Shown: positions 11,321 through 23,597 of the stretch, in pieces
Numbering within the stretch: position 1 is the stretch's first letter
Layout: each line of letters begins with the position of its first letter
The notes under the pieces: model-generated
What the model saw: the letters and a program-made list of their open reading frames with translations, nothing else
The model's database searches: none
What the model was told of the DNA's origin: nothing
Assembly: GCA_030390025.1 (NCBI GenBank)
Contig: CM059431.1
Location: 135,658,001 to 135,722,000 of the forward strand
Length of the DNA: 64,000 nt
Direction: 5' to 3'
Source of the DNA: Squalus acanthias
Lineage: Eukaryota
Position numbers and translations under genes: made by a program

Positions 11321-14300
11321 TATAAGATCCTGAGGGGTTTGGACAGGGTGGATGTGGAGAGGATGTTTCCTCTTGTGGGAGAATCTAGAACTAGGGGTCA
11401 CTGTTTAAAAATAAGGGGTCACCCATTTAAGACAGAGATGAGGAGAAATTTTCTCACAGAGGGTCATGAGTCTTTGGAACTCTCTTCCTCAGAGGGCGGT
11501 GGAAGCAGAGTCTTTGAATATTTTTAAGGCAGAGGTAGATAGATTCTTTGTAAGCAAGGGGGTGAAAAGTTATCGGGGGTAGGCGGGAATGTGGAGTAAT
11601 CAGATCAGCCATGATCTTATTGAATGGCGGAGCAGGCTCGAAGGGCCGAGTGGCCTACTCCTGCTCCTAATTTGTATGTTCATATGTTCGTATGTAGAAT
11701 ATGGCAGGGTTAGCCAAGAACTGAAATTGTGTAGAAGTGCCTACATGTGCCAAGAGCATGGCCATTTTAGGCCTGATTGTAGAATTGCCCCTTGTATGTC
11801 AATCTCCTTTAATGTATCCTCAGATCTGCCTGTAGAGTCCCATGAGTCCCATGTGAAAATCGGACCCTTCACCCAAAAGATTTTCCTGCTGCCTTTTCCA
11901 CCCTCCATGCTGAGCACTAATGATCTTTCCCTTCCATCTCCCTGATGCCCATCTGCCACAGAAAAGCCCACTGGTGTGTTCCCAGGTACCACGTGCGAAC
12001 AATGTTTAAGTACTTTAAAGTGCTTACTTGGCCTTTATTAAGATAATTAAAGTGCAGTGAGTACTTTAAAAAAAATTAAACAGGCAAGAATACAATGAAA
12101 GGGCTTTTCTATGAGTGAGTGCATTCACACAAATTGCTTTGTCAGCACTCAGCTAGGAGCATGTCTTAGTTATTTAAAGAACATGGTGCACTTATACTGT
12201 ATTTTTTGGCATAGTTTAAGACCACTAAGTGCTTTAAATAACTAAGGCAATATTCCCATCTCAGTGCTGGTAAACCATTATTCTAAAACTCTGGGAGGAG
12301 TGAAATTCATGAAGGTTTACATCCTTTATTCTCCTTTACTGCCCCAAAAATGTTATTCCCATTCCACCCAAATACTGTTACATCGATGCCCTCCCCCAAT
12401 AATTCCAGGCTATACCCTTCTCAATCCTTCCAGACTCAAATATTCCTCTCTCCAATCATCTCAGACCTTTGCATCTTTTCCTCAATAGCTCCACAGTACG
12501 AACACCCTCTACCAATGGTTCCAGACTTGCAGCAATCCCTTCCCAGTAGACCCACACACTCCTTTCCCAATGCTCCCAGTATCCAGCTTCCCATCTGCTG
12601 TTCCCGAACACAACAACAATCTCACATTGCTTCCAGACCTCCAATACCTGCAGGATTCCCTTTGCAGTACTCCTGCACCCAGAAACCTCTCCCCAATGCA
12701 CCCACCCTCACCAAAAATCATTTTTGGGAGTTAACAAAACGTGCAAGTTCCAAAAGACATTCAGCACTTAAAAGGGTTAATCTGTACCGTTTCATTTCAG
12801 TGATACGTGCCAGTGGCAAAACACTTGGTTTAGCTGTTTTTTTATTGCAGTGCACTGTTGTTGCAACTAGTTTACTTTGAACATTCTTCCTTCTGGTGAA
12901 TCTGATTGCATGTCAGCTAATCAAGAAGTGGAACGTGCAGGGCCTTCCCCTTCTCAATGACTCTAGATTCAAATCAAAGGGCTGGAGCATGGCGGGAAAG
13001 AGAAGTAGACAGGTATGAAAGGAGAGATAAACAAGCAGCAAACCCAGTTAACACCATAGTGGAGTATCGTAACTCAAGGTAGCATCACCCCAAGGCAACA
13101 CCTAGATCTGCTTGTGCAAATCCCAGCCCAATTTCTTATTCCACATGACCATGGAGAAACAAAATACCTCTTCATTCCCAAAGTCGAATACAACCACGTC
13201 AACAATGCACTAATGTAACTGTCTACAAATAGCATGTGAACAAAATATATACATTGATTCAACCATGTATCCAAGTTTTTAAAACGAGCATATGCAATTT
13301 AAGCAGAGAAAGTAGTCCCTCCTTGAAAAAGATCCTGTTTAGGAGGCCACTCTGACTTTCCTCTGCTCATCAAACCTTTCTCTAGTGGAAGTAAATGTTA
13401 TTATATTCCGACAGCATAAAGCTCTATGAACATTGCATACTAGGAGTTATTTTACAATTCAGCACCTCCAGTATAGAGCTATGTTCACACAGAGAGCAGC
13501 ATTGCTTGTGGTGAGTTAGAGAACATTTTTCTATGCTGCGCTACATACAATATAATATCAGGGTCATTGATTAATGATAATTGAATAAGTGGACTTGTGT
13601 TTTTATTACAATGTATTATGGGAGTTTTGGTGATATTTTTGAGTTCAAATTATTGGATTATGCCCACGGAAATTGTAAATCAGTGGCCTTGATTCTTAAT
13701 ATTTGGTTGCTTAGCTACATACTCAATTTTATGTGATAGTTTTATTTTAAAGTGGAGTGAAGGATACACAGGAAGATGGTAGAAAAGGTGTTCCAGGTTG
13801 TATGTAGGTAGGAAGTATGTAGCAGTATAGAGAGGGAAAATATCACATGGTCTGGTTGTGTTGGGAAGGTGATCCCTGAATCGGGACTTGTGTGGGAAGA
13901 GCAGGGGGATGTTGACATTCTGGACCATTGGAGAGGGGCTCCTTGGGTTGGAGAGTAGTGGGAGGTGGGTCTTGGTTACTGGAATTTTTGTGGTGTGAGT
14001 ATGGAAGTGGTCTTGGAGTTTGATATCACTGGTGATGGCAATGATGGAGGATGGGGGTGGGGGGTGGTTTTCATGTGAGTGTCATATTGTGCAGGATTTC
14101 TAAGAAGGGGGTCCAAATTGCCCGGTATTTGCTCGGCTCCAGGCCAAGGCTGAACATCAGTGTTTGCACGCTCTCCACACGCATCTTATTTATGTTTGTT
14201 GTAGGGAGCAATGTGTTTAGATACAGCAAGAGGATGCACCCCTTATTGCTAGAAACTCTTATGTGCTAGCCTGCATGCTATTGCTGCAGGGCGGCCCTTG

Positions 14301-14638
14301 ATCTCATTAGGTATGCTTTCCAGCAGCCTGTAAAAGATTCTTGTGCTTTCCTGCAAAGGTGAGTTGGAAACAAGAAAATATGAAGTCAATCGCTGAAAAT
14401 TTCCTTGGGAATTCTGCCAATTGGATGCCATGAATTCTGTCTATAGTATTTCAGAATTTGTGAAGCTGATTGTGATATTTTTGGCCTCCTGGACAAATGT
14501 TCAGAATGATGGAATGCGAGGCATGACCAGAATGCATGTTGGAACTCATTCAGTGTTCACCTGTCGAGCAAGGGTGGAGTAAATTCAGTGAATGATTTTG
14601 AGTTGATCCTCCTACATTCCTCTGCACCTGAAGGCAAT

Positions 14639-15005
14639 GAGCTAGAAATTCGGGTGCGCCCATTTACAATCCCTGAGCCTGAATGGTGTGGCCTGATGTA
14701 CATTCGATGTTTCCATGAAGCAGGCGAGCTGCGGAGAGTAAGAGAGAAAGGGGGTAAATTGAGTCGTGCCCCCTTTGGGGCGCTAACTTCACCGGGGCGC
14801 TATTTTTAGCGCCCCTAAAAAATTAGCATCGCCGCCAAAATTTACCGGTAGCACCCCAAGAGGGAAGCGGGGTGGTACTGGAAGCGCCCCACCTCCCACT
14901 TGGGGCGCTGCGAGTGAATATCGTGGCGCGATGTGCTGTGGTACTGCAGGCCTTCCTCCCCCTATTAAAGGGGAGGGGCCTTGCGCAGCATGACTGGGGC
15001 CGGGG
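14639..15005. mobile_element. Two partial Harbinger-type MITE ends
   Basis: GAGCTAGAAATTCGG at 14639 and GGGGGTAAATTG near 14750, followed by GC-rich GGCGCTAA/TTAGCGCC subterminal motifs like family 1. Confidence 0.6.
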
Positions 15006-15791
15006 TATATTTTGAACAAGAGGTCCAGTGATTATGGAGATTGAAAATCACACAGGAAAAGTCTGCTACTCCAGCACTATATTGGAAAAAAGACTATCTG
15101 CTTGTGTGAAACAGGTTGAAGGTTCACGAGTTAAATGGCTTCATAGCTCATGTTCAAATGTGAAAAGGGCACATGAGCAAATGGCTTCTGATTCCCACTA
15201 TCACGATTGACCCATTTAACACATGCACATTATTCTTTTCAAGTACCCAGTCTGGCTTTGAACTGAACAACAGCTGGTCATCTCTCTCCAAAGTGTTGTT
15301 CATGCTGTGCAAATGTAGGTTAATGCTGAATTGAAGACTACAGTTCAAGAAGTAAATATGAGAGATGAGATGTCTCTGCAATGGCTGTGCTATTGCATAG
15401 AAGGTGTATTTTAGAATAAATATAATTTTAATACGGAATCAGTACATGCCCATGGCTTTCTTCCTGTAGTTTGCTATTACTATATCCTAGGGTTTGGCAT
15501 TAACACCTGACATTGGTAAATGAAATGTGATACGTGTATAATGTTTCAGTTTCTGCTCAGTCAAGGTATTCAAGTAGGTGAGTGTTAATTGTTTTTCCAT
15601 GCATCACAGAGAATCAGTGAATTGGAAATCAAACATTTTGAGGGAAAGTTCTGATTTAAATGGCAATCATTAATCTTGTGAAGTTTGTATTCTTTTTCCA
15701 CACTGAGCAGAATTTGTGCTGTGATTTTATCAATGACAATTAAACACTAGTCACTTAATCATTGCACTAAACAGATTGATAGAGTTAAGTT

Positions 15792-16132
15792 GGCAGCCTT
15801 GACTCAGTGGTAGTACTCTCACCTCTGAATCTGAAGGTCGTGGATTCAAGCCCCACTCCAGGGACTTGGGCACATAATTAAGGCTGGCACTTCAGTGCGG
15901 TACTGAAGGAATGCTGCACTGTCAAAAGTGCTGTCTTTCAGATGAGACTTTAAACCTGCCCACCTCTCAGGTGAATGTAAAAGTTTCCATGGCACTATTC
16001 GAAGAAGAGCAGGGGAGTTTTCCCGGTTTCCTGGCCAATATTTATCTTTCACCCAATACCTAAAACAGATAATCTGATAAATTATTACATTGCTGTTTAT
16101 AGGACCTTGCTGTGTTTTTATTTGGCTGTCAT
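15792..16132 (+). mobile_element. DeuSINE (SacSINE1-like), 3'-truncated
   Basis: A/B boxes and CCATGGCACTATTCGAAGAAGAGCAGGGG core; homologous to 2692-3140. Confidence 0.8.
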
Positions 16133-16225
16133 GTGTTGGACTGCTTTCTTGTTCTTTTCTGTTTGTTACACTTTAAATGCCAGATTACACACACACTCAG
16201 TTGTAGTAATGCAGGATCAGGTCTT

Positions 16226-18072
16226 CATAGAAGCATAGAAGCATAGAAGATAGGAGCAGGAGTAGGCCATTCGGCCCCTCGAGCCTGCTCCGCCATTTAA
16301 TGAGATCATGGCTGATCATCCAAATTCAGTACCCTGGCCCTGCTTTCTCCCCATATCCCTTGATCCCTTTAGCCTTAAGAAATATATCTATCTCCTTCTT
16401 GAATATATTTAATGAATTGGCCTCAACTGCCGTCTGTGGTAGAGAATTCCACAGGTTCACCACTCTCTGGGTGAAGAAATTCTTCCTCATTTCTGTCCTA
16501 AATGGCTTACCCCTTATCCTTAGATTATGACCCCTGGTTCTGGACTCTCCGACCATCGGGAACTTCCTTCCTGCATCTAGTCTGTCTAGTCCTGTCAGAA
16601 TTTTATAAGTTTCAATGAGATCCCCTCTCATTCATCTAAACTCTAGCGAATATAAGCCTAATTGACCCAATCTCTCTTCATACGTCATTCCTGCCATCCC
16701 AGGTATCAGTCTGGTAAATCTTTGCTGCACTCCCTCCATGGCAAGAACATCCTTCCTCAGATAAGGTGACCAAAACTGCACACAATACTCAAGGTGTGGT
16801 CTCACCAAGGCCCTGTACAACTGCAGCAAGACAACCTTGCTCCTGTACTCGAATCCTCTCGCTATGAAGGCCAACATACCATTTGCCTTCTTAACCGCCT
16901 GCTGCACCTGCATGCTTACCTTCAGCGACTGGTGCACAAGGACTCCCAGATCTCGTTGCACTTCCCCCTTCTCCCAATTTATTGCCATTCAGATAATAAT
17001 CTGCCTTCCTGTTTTTGCCACCAAAGTGGATAAGCTCGCATTTATCCACATTATACTGCATCTGCCATGCATCTGCCCAATCACCCAACCTGTCCAAATC
17101 ATACTGGAGTTTCTCTGCATCCTCCTCACAGCACACACGCCCACCCAGCTTTGTGTCGTCTGCAAACTTAGAGATATTACATCTAGTTCCCTCGTCTAGA
17201 TCATTAAATTATATTGTGAATAGCTGGGGTCCAAGGACCGATCCCTGCGGTACCCCACTAGTCACTGCCTGCCACTCGGAAAAAGACCCATTTATTCCAA
17301 CTCTTTGCTTCCTGTCTGCCAACCAGTTCTCTATCCAAGTCAGTACCTTACCCCCAATCCCATGTGCTTTAACTTTGCACGCTAATCTCTTATGCGGGAC
17401 CTTATCGAAAGCCTTCTGAAAGTCCAAATACACCACATCCACTGTTTCTCCCTTATCTATTCTACCAGTTACATCCTCAAAAAATTCCAGTAGTTTAGTC
17501 AGGCATGATTTCCCTTTTGTAAATCCATGTTGATTTTGTCCGATCCTGTCACTGTTTTCCAAGTGCTCTGCTATTACATCTTTTATAATGGACTCTAGCA
17601 TTTTCCCCACTACCGATGTCAGGCTTACCAGTCTATAATTCCCCGTTTTTTCTCTACCACCTTTTTTAAATAGTGGGGTTACATTAGCTACCCTCCAATT
17701 CATGGGAACTGTTCCAGAGTCTATAGAATTTTGAAAGATGACCAGCAATGCATCTACTATTTCTAGGGCCACTTCCTTAAGTACCCTAGGATGTAGATTA
17801 TCAGGCCCTGGGGATTTATCGGCCTTCAATCCCGTCAATTTCCCTAACACCATTTCCCTACAAATACTGATTTCATTCAATTCCTCCCTCATTAGACCCT
17901 ATGTTCCCCGACATCTCTGGGAGGTTATTTGTGTCCTCCTTTGTGAAGACAGAACCAAAGTATGTATTTAATTCGTCAGCCATTTCTTTGTTCCCCATTA
18001 TAAATTCCCCTGATTCTGACTGCAAGGGACCTATGCTTGACTTCACCAATCTTTTTCTCTTCACATATCTAT
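16226..18072 (-). mobile_element. CR1 (HER1-like) LINE 3' portion
   Basis: ORFs 17209-17892, 16632-16988 and 16326-16631 encode RT and C-terminus; 3' UTR shared with the HE1 SINE tail; CTATGCTT-type tail. Confidence 0.95.
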
Positions 18073-18669
18073 ATTCATTGAAACCTCATACTATCCACAA
18101 CCAGCGTGAGTGCACATGTGTTTTCATACTACACAAAACCAGTATGAGAGCTCAGGTCTTTCCAAAATACGCCATTGTAGTATGAGCACCAGCTGCTGTT
18201 GAGACATCACACTATCCACAATTCCAGTTTGAGCCACTAAACAATGTTCCCTTACATTTCTTATACTAATTTTCACCTTTGATCACTACATTCCATGCAT
18301 ACTACATCATGGAATCATGGTACATCAAAGATACATACAAATGCCAACAGAACAACAACATAAACCCAACAAACATGCACTTAACAGTCCCAATTATTTT
18401 ATTACTGTAATAAAACTCTTCTCTTCCATTTTATTACTGTAAACACAAGTGACCAAGCTGGCAAATTCCAGACCATTAGATATGGCTGACTGACTTTTAG
18501 ACATTCTACTATTTTCTTTCCTGTGAATATATCCTTACTTTAAAATTCTCTTACTCAATTTATAACCCATGCTCAGCAGAAAGCTGTTTTAGCTTTTAAC
18601 TCATCATGTGCTGGTCTCATAGATTGCACAGAAAGAATAGCGAGGTATTCAGATAATACAGACTTTCAC

Positions 18670-18792
18670 TCCCACATTGTTTTCTACATTACCACAGTGT
18701 CGACATTGCATAAGTATTTAATTGACGGTAAAGCACTTTGAGATGTCCTGAGGTTGTGAAAGATGCTATATAACTGCAAGTTCTTTCTTTCT
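18670..18792 (+). mobile_element. DeuSINE 3' tail fragment
   Basis: ..GTAAAGCACTTTGAGATGTCCTGAGG..GCTATATAACTGCAAGTTCTTTC matches 3030-3140. Confidence 0.65.
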
Positions 18793-19184
18793 GTCACTCG
18801 ATTGTTGCCTATATAACAATCTGGATCCCCTTTATCAGCAATGTTGTCACACTCTAATAAAATTCTTGGGCTAAAAATTTGTTAGCCCCCGAAAACGGGT
18901 GCAGGGATCGCTATGCACGATCAACCCACACCCGTTCAAAGTAATGCAGGCAGCACACTAACTTTGTGCTGCCTGCTAATTAACCTGATTGTGGCATTCA
19001 GCCCAGCACTGTATGCGCTGTTGAGTGGCGGACCATTCAGCAGGGTGCCCAAGTTCATGTGAGGCAATTAAAACTAGCCTGCACTTCTTAATGGCAGTCT
19101 GTACCTCTGAAAGGGGAGGTGCATTCTGCCTGCAGCAGCTCAGTCAACTGGCTGGGGAAGAGAGTGAGAAAGGAAAAAAAAACG

Positions 19185-21000
19185 ATGTCGTGCTCCAAGG
19201 TTCTCTGATGCAGCACTGGAGGCCTTGGTTCAGGTGGTGAACATGAGGAGAGAGGTGCTGTTTCTACATGGGGCCGTGGTCCTTCCAGGCAAATGCGTAA
19301 AATCCATAGCTGCAGATACAACAGCAGTATAGCTCCAAGGACCTGGACGCAGTGCAGGAAGAAGTTTAATGACCTCACATGAGTGGTTAACGACAGTGAA
19401 TTCATCTTCAAATGCCATATCCCACCATCTGCCCCATTAGCCCTGCACACTGCTCAATGCACCACACCACCATCACTCACCTACCAACAATCTCTACCAA
19501 ACATAACTCATACTCACATTCATAGCTTTACCTCACCCTCATACACTTACCACTGCTGGAAGCCACACACCCACATCTCAAAGCTAGCATGCACTGTCAG
19601 CTATTCAACCATGACAGGCATATCACCCAAACACATTGCGCCACACTCACGGACACACTTCCCTTTCTCTTACAGGACAAGTTGGCTCACAAGCGGCACC
19701 AGCAGGACCTAACCGGCGGGGGACAGGCGCACCTGCATAACTTGACCCCGAAGGAGGAGATGGTGCTGGCCATTATTGGGAGGGCCATCGCTCAGCCCGT
19801 GGTCAGCGACAGGGCTGAAAGAATACAAGATGCTGGTATCTTTATACGTAATCCTCCTTCTCACATCCCAGTTCCCCCTCATCCCACAATCTCTTCTGAT
19901 TTACAAGCTGCACATGGTGTAAGCATGCACCTCTTGCTTTCGCCCCCTCCCCTCATCACAACCTTACCCTTGTGTCTTTCTCCTTTCAGATAGCCAAGAA
20001 CTGACACCTGGCCAGGCACTGGTGAAGGAGCACGAAATAGAAGAACACCAAGGCACTGATGATGAAGACACAGCACCGTCACTCAATTTCACACTCATAG
20101 CCACCAGCTCAGCTATTGACAATCTGCATAGTTTAGAGGATAGGTTGAAGTGGAATCTGCACGTCGGGGGAAAGGGTAGCGCAGATGCCAGCTCCATGGA
20201 GGGCGAGGTCGTACTCGAGTTCAGCTGCACAGGGCTCAGATGAGGACTTCAATGGGGAGGTCTACAGAAGAAGGCTGATGGGTATGCACAACAAAATGCT
20301 TGGTGCATTGCCAAAAATCCTGAGTGCAATGTCAAGCAGCATGGAGGATTCCAGCACCAACCTTGCACATGGCTTTGTGAAGAGCTTGGAGCCCATGGAA
20401 GTGATGGGTAACTCCATTAGTGCACTTGTGGACCCAACCATGATGCAGCGTCTGATGGCTGATGTCTCTGCTTCCATTGCAGCACAAGCAGAAGCCACCC
20501 AATGTCTGAGTGCTGCTGTGGAAGCTCAGACTTCTGTTATGCAAGCTCAAACTGCTCTCATCGTGTCTGCATTTACCAGTGTGGAAAGGGGCCTGCAGGG
20601 TATAACAGCAGTCCAGCAATCTGTCGACCAACAGTTTACTAGGACTGCGGAGGGGCCACCCCAGGGGAGTTGCAGTGGCTCCGTGGAACACAAACCTCTC
20701 TCAGGATGACAGCATTCATCCTCCCACCACTGCCACTCCGCCAGTGCCCTTGCTGTTGCCTGTCAGCCAGCCAGCCCAGACTGCTGCCACCCATGCCGAG
20801 GTGGTGCAATCCGCAACCGGGCCTTCTAGACCCAGAGCTGCTCAAGGTCATCCTGCAAGGCCATCTGCAGTCTCCTCCACTGAAAGTCGGTAGCCTTCCA
20901 CCAGCCATGCTGCAGCTATTGGAGTAGAACTTTGTAGGAGCACTAGGACAGGCAAAAGCACACGAAGACGGGCATTAAGGGAATGCACAAGGAGGATTAG
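19185..21000 (+). pseudogene. Harbinger Myb/SANT DNA-binding protein gene, three exons, decayed
   Basis: RAPRFSDAALEALVQ..RTWTQCRKKFNDLTR; acceptors TTACAG|19676 and TTTCAG|19990, donor 19835|GTATC; coiled-coil-like third exon. Confidence 0.85.
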
Positions 21001-21076
21001 TTGACTTTATTATGTTATATTCGATGGATTGATGTATAAAGTTGGATTGGAATGTCCCTTTTGTGGTCACTTTTAT

Positions 21077-21538
21077 CGATCAGCTCCGATGGACGACCAC
21101 ATCGTCCGCATGCCCGATATGAGACTCCCAAAACAAGCGCTCTACTCGGAGCTCCGACACGGCAAGAGAACCCCAGGTGGGCAGAGGAAACGCTTCAAGG
21201 ACACCCTCAAAGTCTCCTTGAAAAAGTGCAACATCCCCACCGACACCTGGGAATCCCTGGCCCAAGTCCGCACAAAATGGAGGAGAAGCATCCGGGAAGG
21301 CGCCGAACACCTCGAGTCTCTTCACCGGGAGCAAGCGGAAGCCAAGCGCAAACAGCGGAAGGAGTGCACGTCAACCCAAGCACCCCACCCACCCGCCCCT
21401 TCAACCACCGTCTGCCCCACCTGTGACAGAGACTGTAGGTCCCGCATTGGACTCATCAGTCACCTGAGAACTCATTTTTAGTGTGGAAGACAGTCATCCT
21501 CGGTTCCGAGGGACTGCCTAAGAGAGAAGAGAAAAGAG
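21077..21538 (+). mobile_element. RTE-clade LINE 3' fragment
   Basis: HIVRMPD.RLPKQ.LYSEL..GGQRKRFKD..CPTCDRDCRSRIGLISHLRTH; AG-rich tail; TSD ACTTTTAT. Confidence 0.9.
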
Positions 21539-21547
21539 ACTTTTATT

Positions 21548-22748
21548 TCAGCATTGTGGCCAAGAGGGAAGGTAAGTTATGGGACTATTCTTGAATAGGG
21601 AATTGGGGTTGCGTTCACTGGTACTGCAGTTGGATGAGTTGATCACGGACAGCCCGGGCAGGAAGGGGCTCTCTGGGTTGCTTCCTCCTCTTCCGCTTCC
21701 TCCTCTTTCTTCTTCCTCCTCTTCCTCCTTCTCCCATTCCTCTTCCTCCTCCTTCTCCTCCTTCTCAGCTTGTCGCCGTATGCCTGCTGGCAAGGGCTGT
21801 GCCCTCATGATGGCAAGGTTTTGGAGCATGCAGCAGACCACGATGAATCTTGAGATGCGCTCTGCTGAGTACTGCAGGGCTCCTTCAGAGCGGTCCAGGT
21901 AGCATAATCATTGTTTAAGGATGCCAATGGTCTGCTCTATCAGATTCCATGTGGCGGAATGGCATTGGTTATATGCCTGCTGCCCACGTGTGGTTGGGTT
22001 GGGGAGCGGAGTCATGAGCCAGGTGGTCAGTGGATAGCCCTTGTCGCCCAGTAGCCACCCTCTGGTTTGTCGTGGTAGCTCAAAGACTGAGGGAACAGCG
22101 GACTGACGCAGAACAAAAGCAACATGATGTGCTGAGCATGGTCGCACACCAACTGCACATTCAGTGAGTGGCAACCTTTGCGGTTGCGGTACATCTCAGC
22201 ATTTAGATGCGTCGCCCGCAAAACCATATGCACGCAGTCAATGCCACCCTGCACCATGGGGAAGCCCGTTTTTCCTGGCAAAGCCACGTCAGAGAGAAGA
22301 CAATGAAGTCCCCTCTTCTGGCATAAAGAGCATCTGTCACCTCTCTTGTGCAGCAGTGGACCGCGAACTGGGAGATGTTACAGATGTTACTTGCTCCAGC
22401 CTGGAAGGATCCCGACACGAGGAAATTCAGGGCCACGGTCATTCTCACAGCCACTGACAGCGCTGTCCTTGCCCTGATGTGAGGCTGCAAGTCTGGTTGC
22501 AAGAGCTGGCAGTGTTCAGTGAGCAACTCCTTCATAAAGCACAGAAACCTCACACACTGCTCCTGGCTCCGGCTCAGGTAAGAGAATTGCTTTCGGAAGA
22601 CCCTAGGTGGGTAAGGCCTCCTGCTGAGAGCCCTTCTCCCCCTCCCCCTCCTCCTCCCTCTGCGAGCAGCTTGTTCTCTTCTTCACTGCCTCTGCTCCAT
22701 CTCCCTGTCATGCTGCAGACCAAGGGAGATGAGAACTAGAGCACCCAT
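21548..22748 (-). pseudogene. Harbinger (HARBI1-like) transposase, decayed
   Basis: ATG at 22748; ALNFLVSGSFQ, GFPMVQGGIDC, RKGCHSLNVQLVCD, WLLGDKGYPL, NLIEQTIGILKQ, CCMLQNLAI and a poly-Glu tail. Confidence 0.92.
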
Positions 22749-23597
22749 GACTGGGAGCAAGCGGTCTCCACTTGTAGCACCACTCCCTGTCACCTCACCA
22801 ACTTTAAACAACTCTAGAAAGTTCCAAACACTTCCACAAACTTACACAGAGCCAGTAGAAATTAATCAGTAACTAACCTGAGAGTGGTTGCGAATCTCTT
22901 TAAATAGCGCTGGTGGGGGGGTCCTTGCTGCTGCTGAACACATGTTCAGCTGTGCGAGGTTAAGACAGGGCATTAGCTCCAGCGTTGAGGACGAAAATGA
23001 CAGCTCTGGCGTCAAATCAGCGTTGCACGCTGATTGACGTCACGGTCTGCTCACTCAACGTACTTCCAGCGCACACTCAACGCCCGCCCTACCGCCCTCA
23101 CTAAGATGACGTCTGGCATGGCCCGCACCAGAAGTGCACACGTGCAGTGAGGACGCTATTTTCAGTACAAAACAGCACCCATAGCCAAAAAATCGGGCGC
23201 TACGGAGCCGAATTTCGAGCCCTTTAACTCTTGCATGTGAAAGCTTGTCAGCATTGAAATAACAAATCTCATAAATTGTTGTATTATTATATATTTTCAG
23301 AAAATTTTGTTAATTATATTGAGATATGTTTGCTTGTAAAAATTCAAATCATAAGACAGTAATTCCACCAAGGAATTGAGATGATATCATAAACTACAAA
23401 ACCCAAGCAATTTATGTTCATCAATTTTAACATGTATTGCTTAATCTCAATGTGCCTCATGAAACATATTTTATTTTATGTTGTAGGACATGAATGTACT
23501 GGGTCTTATACTAAGATCTGCAATAGTAGCAGATCCACAGATCAGAAATAAGTAAGTTGCAATTATATGGCACCTTTCATATCTGCAGGGTGTTTTA

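Larger units (their letters stand above)
7645..11695 (+). mobile_element. 5'-truncated CR1 LINE (endonuclease to 3' UTR), decayed, carrying three nested insertions
   Basis: GVVYRPPN..IIMGDFN, GSSDHN, DKSPGPDG, KFADDTK, RPHLEYCVQ motifs; 3' UTR and TATGTTC-type tail; AGAAT duplicated at 7640-7644 and 11696-11700. Confidence 0.95.
18868..23222 (+). mobile_element. Near-complete decayed PIF/Harbinger DNA transposon (copy 1)
   Basis: TIRs GGGCTAAAAATTT / GAATTTCGAGCCC; convergent Myb/SANT and transposase pseudogenes; colinear with 40017-43773. Confidence 0.92.

Noticed and set aside
11738..11782. Gag-type zinc knuckle (YMCQEHGHFRPDC)
   Set aside because: The first Cys needs a frameshift, no other gag sequence is present, and the segment appears to be the terminus of the old Harbinger that resumes after the CR1.
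13168..13222. Additional minus-strand exon DSYISALLTWLYSTLGMKR
   Set aside because: Weak donor (GTATTT), and no phase-compatible partner exon was found before the 6278 acceptor.
21548..22748. Domesticated host HARBI1 or NAIF1 genes
   Set aside because: Multiple decayed copies flanked by TIRs, with frameshifts and deletions; these are transposon copies.
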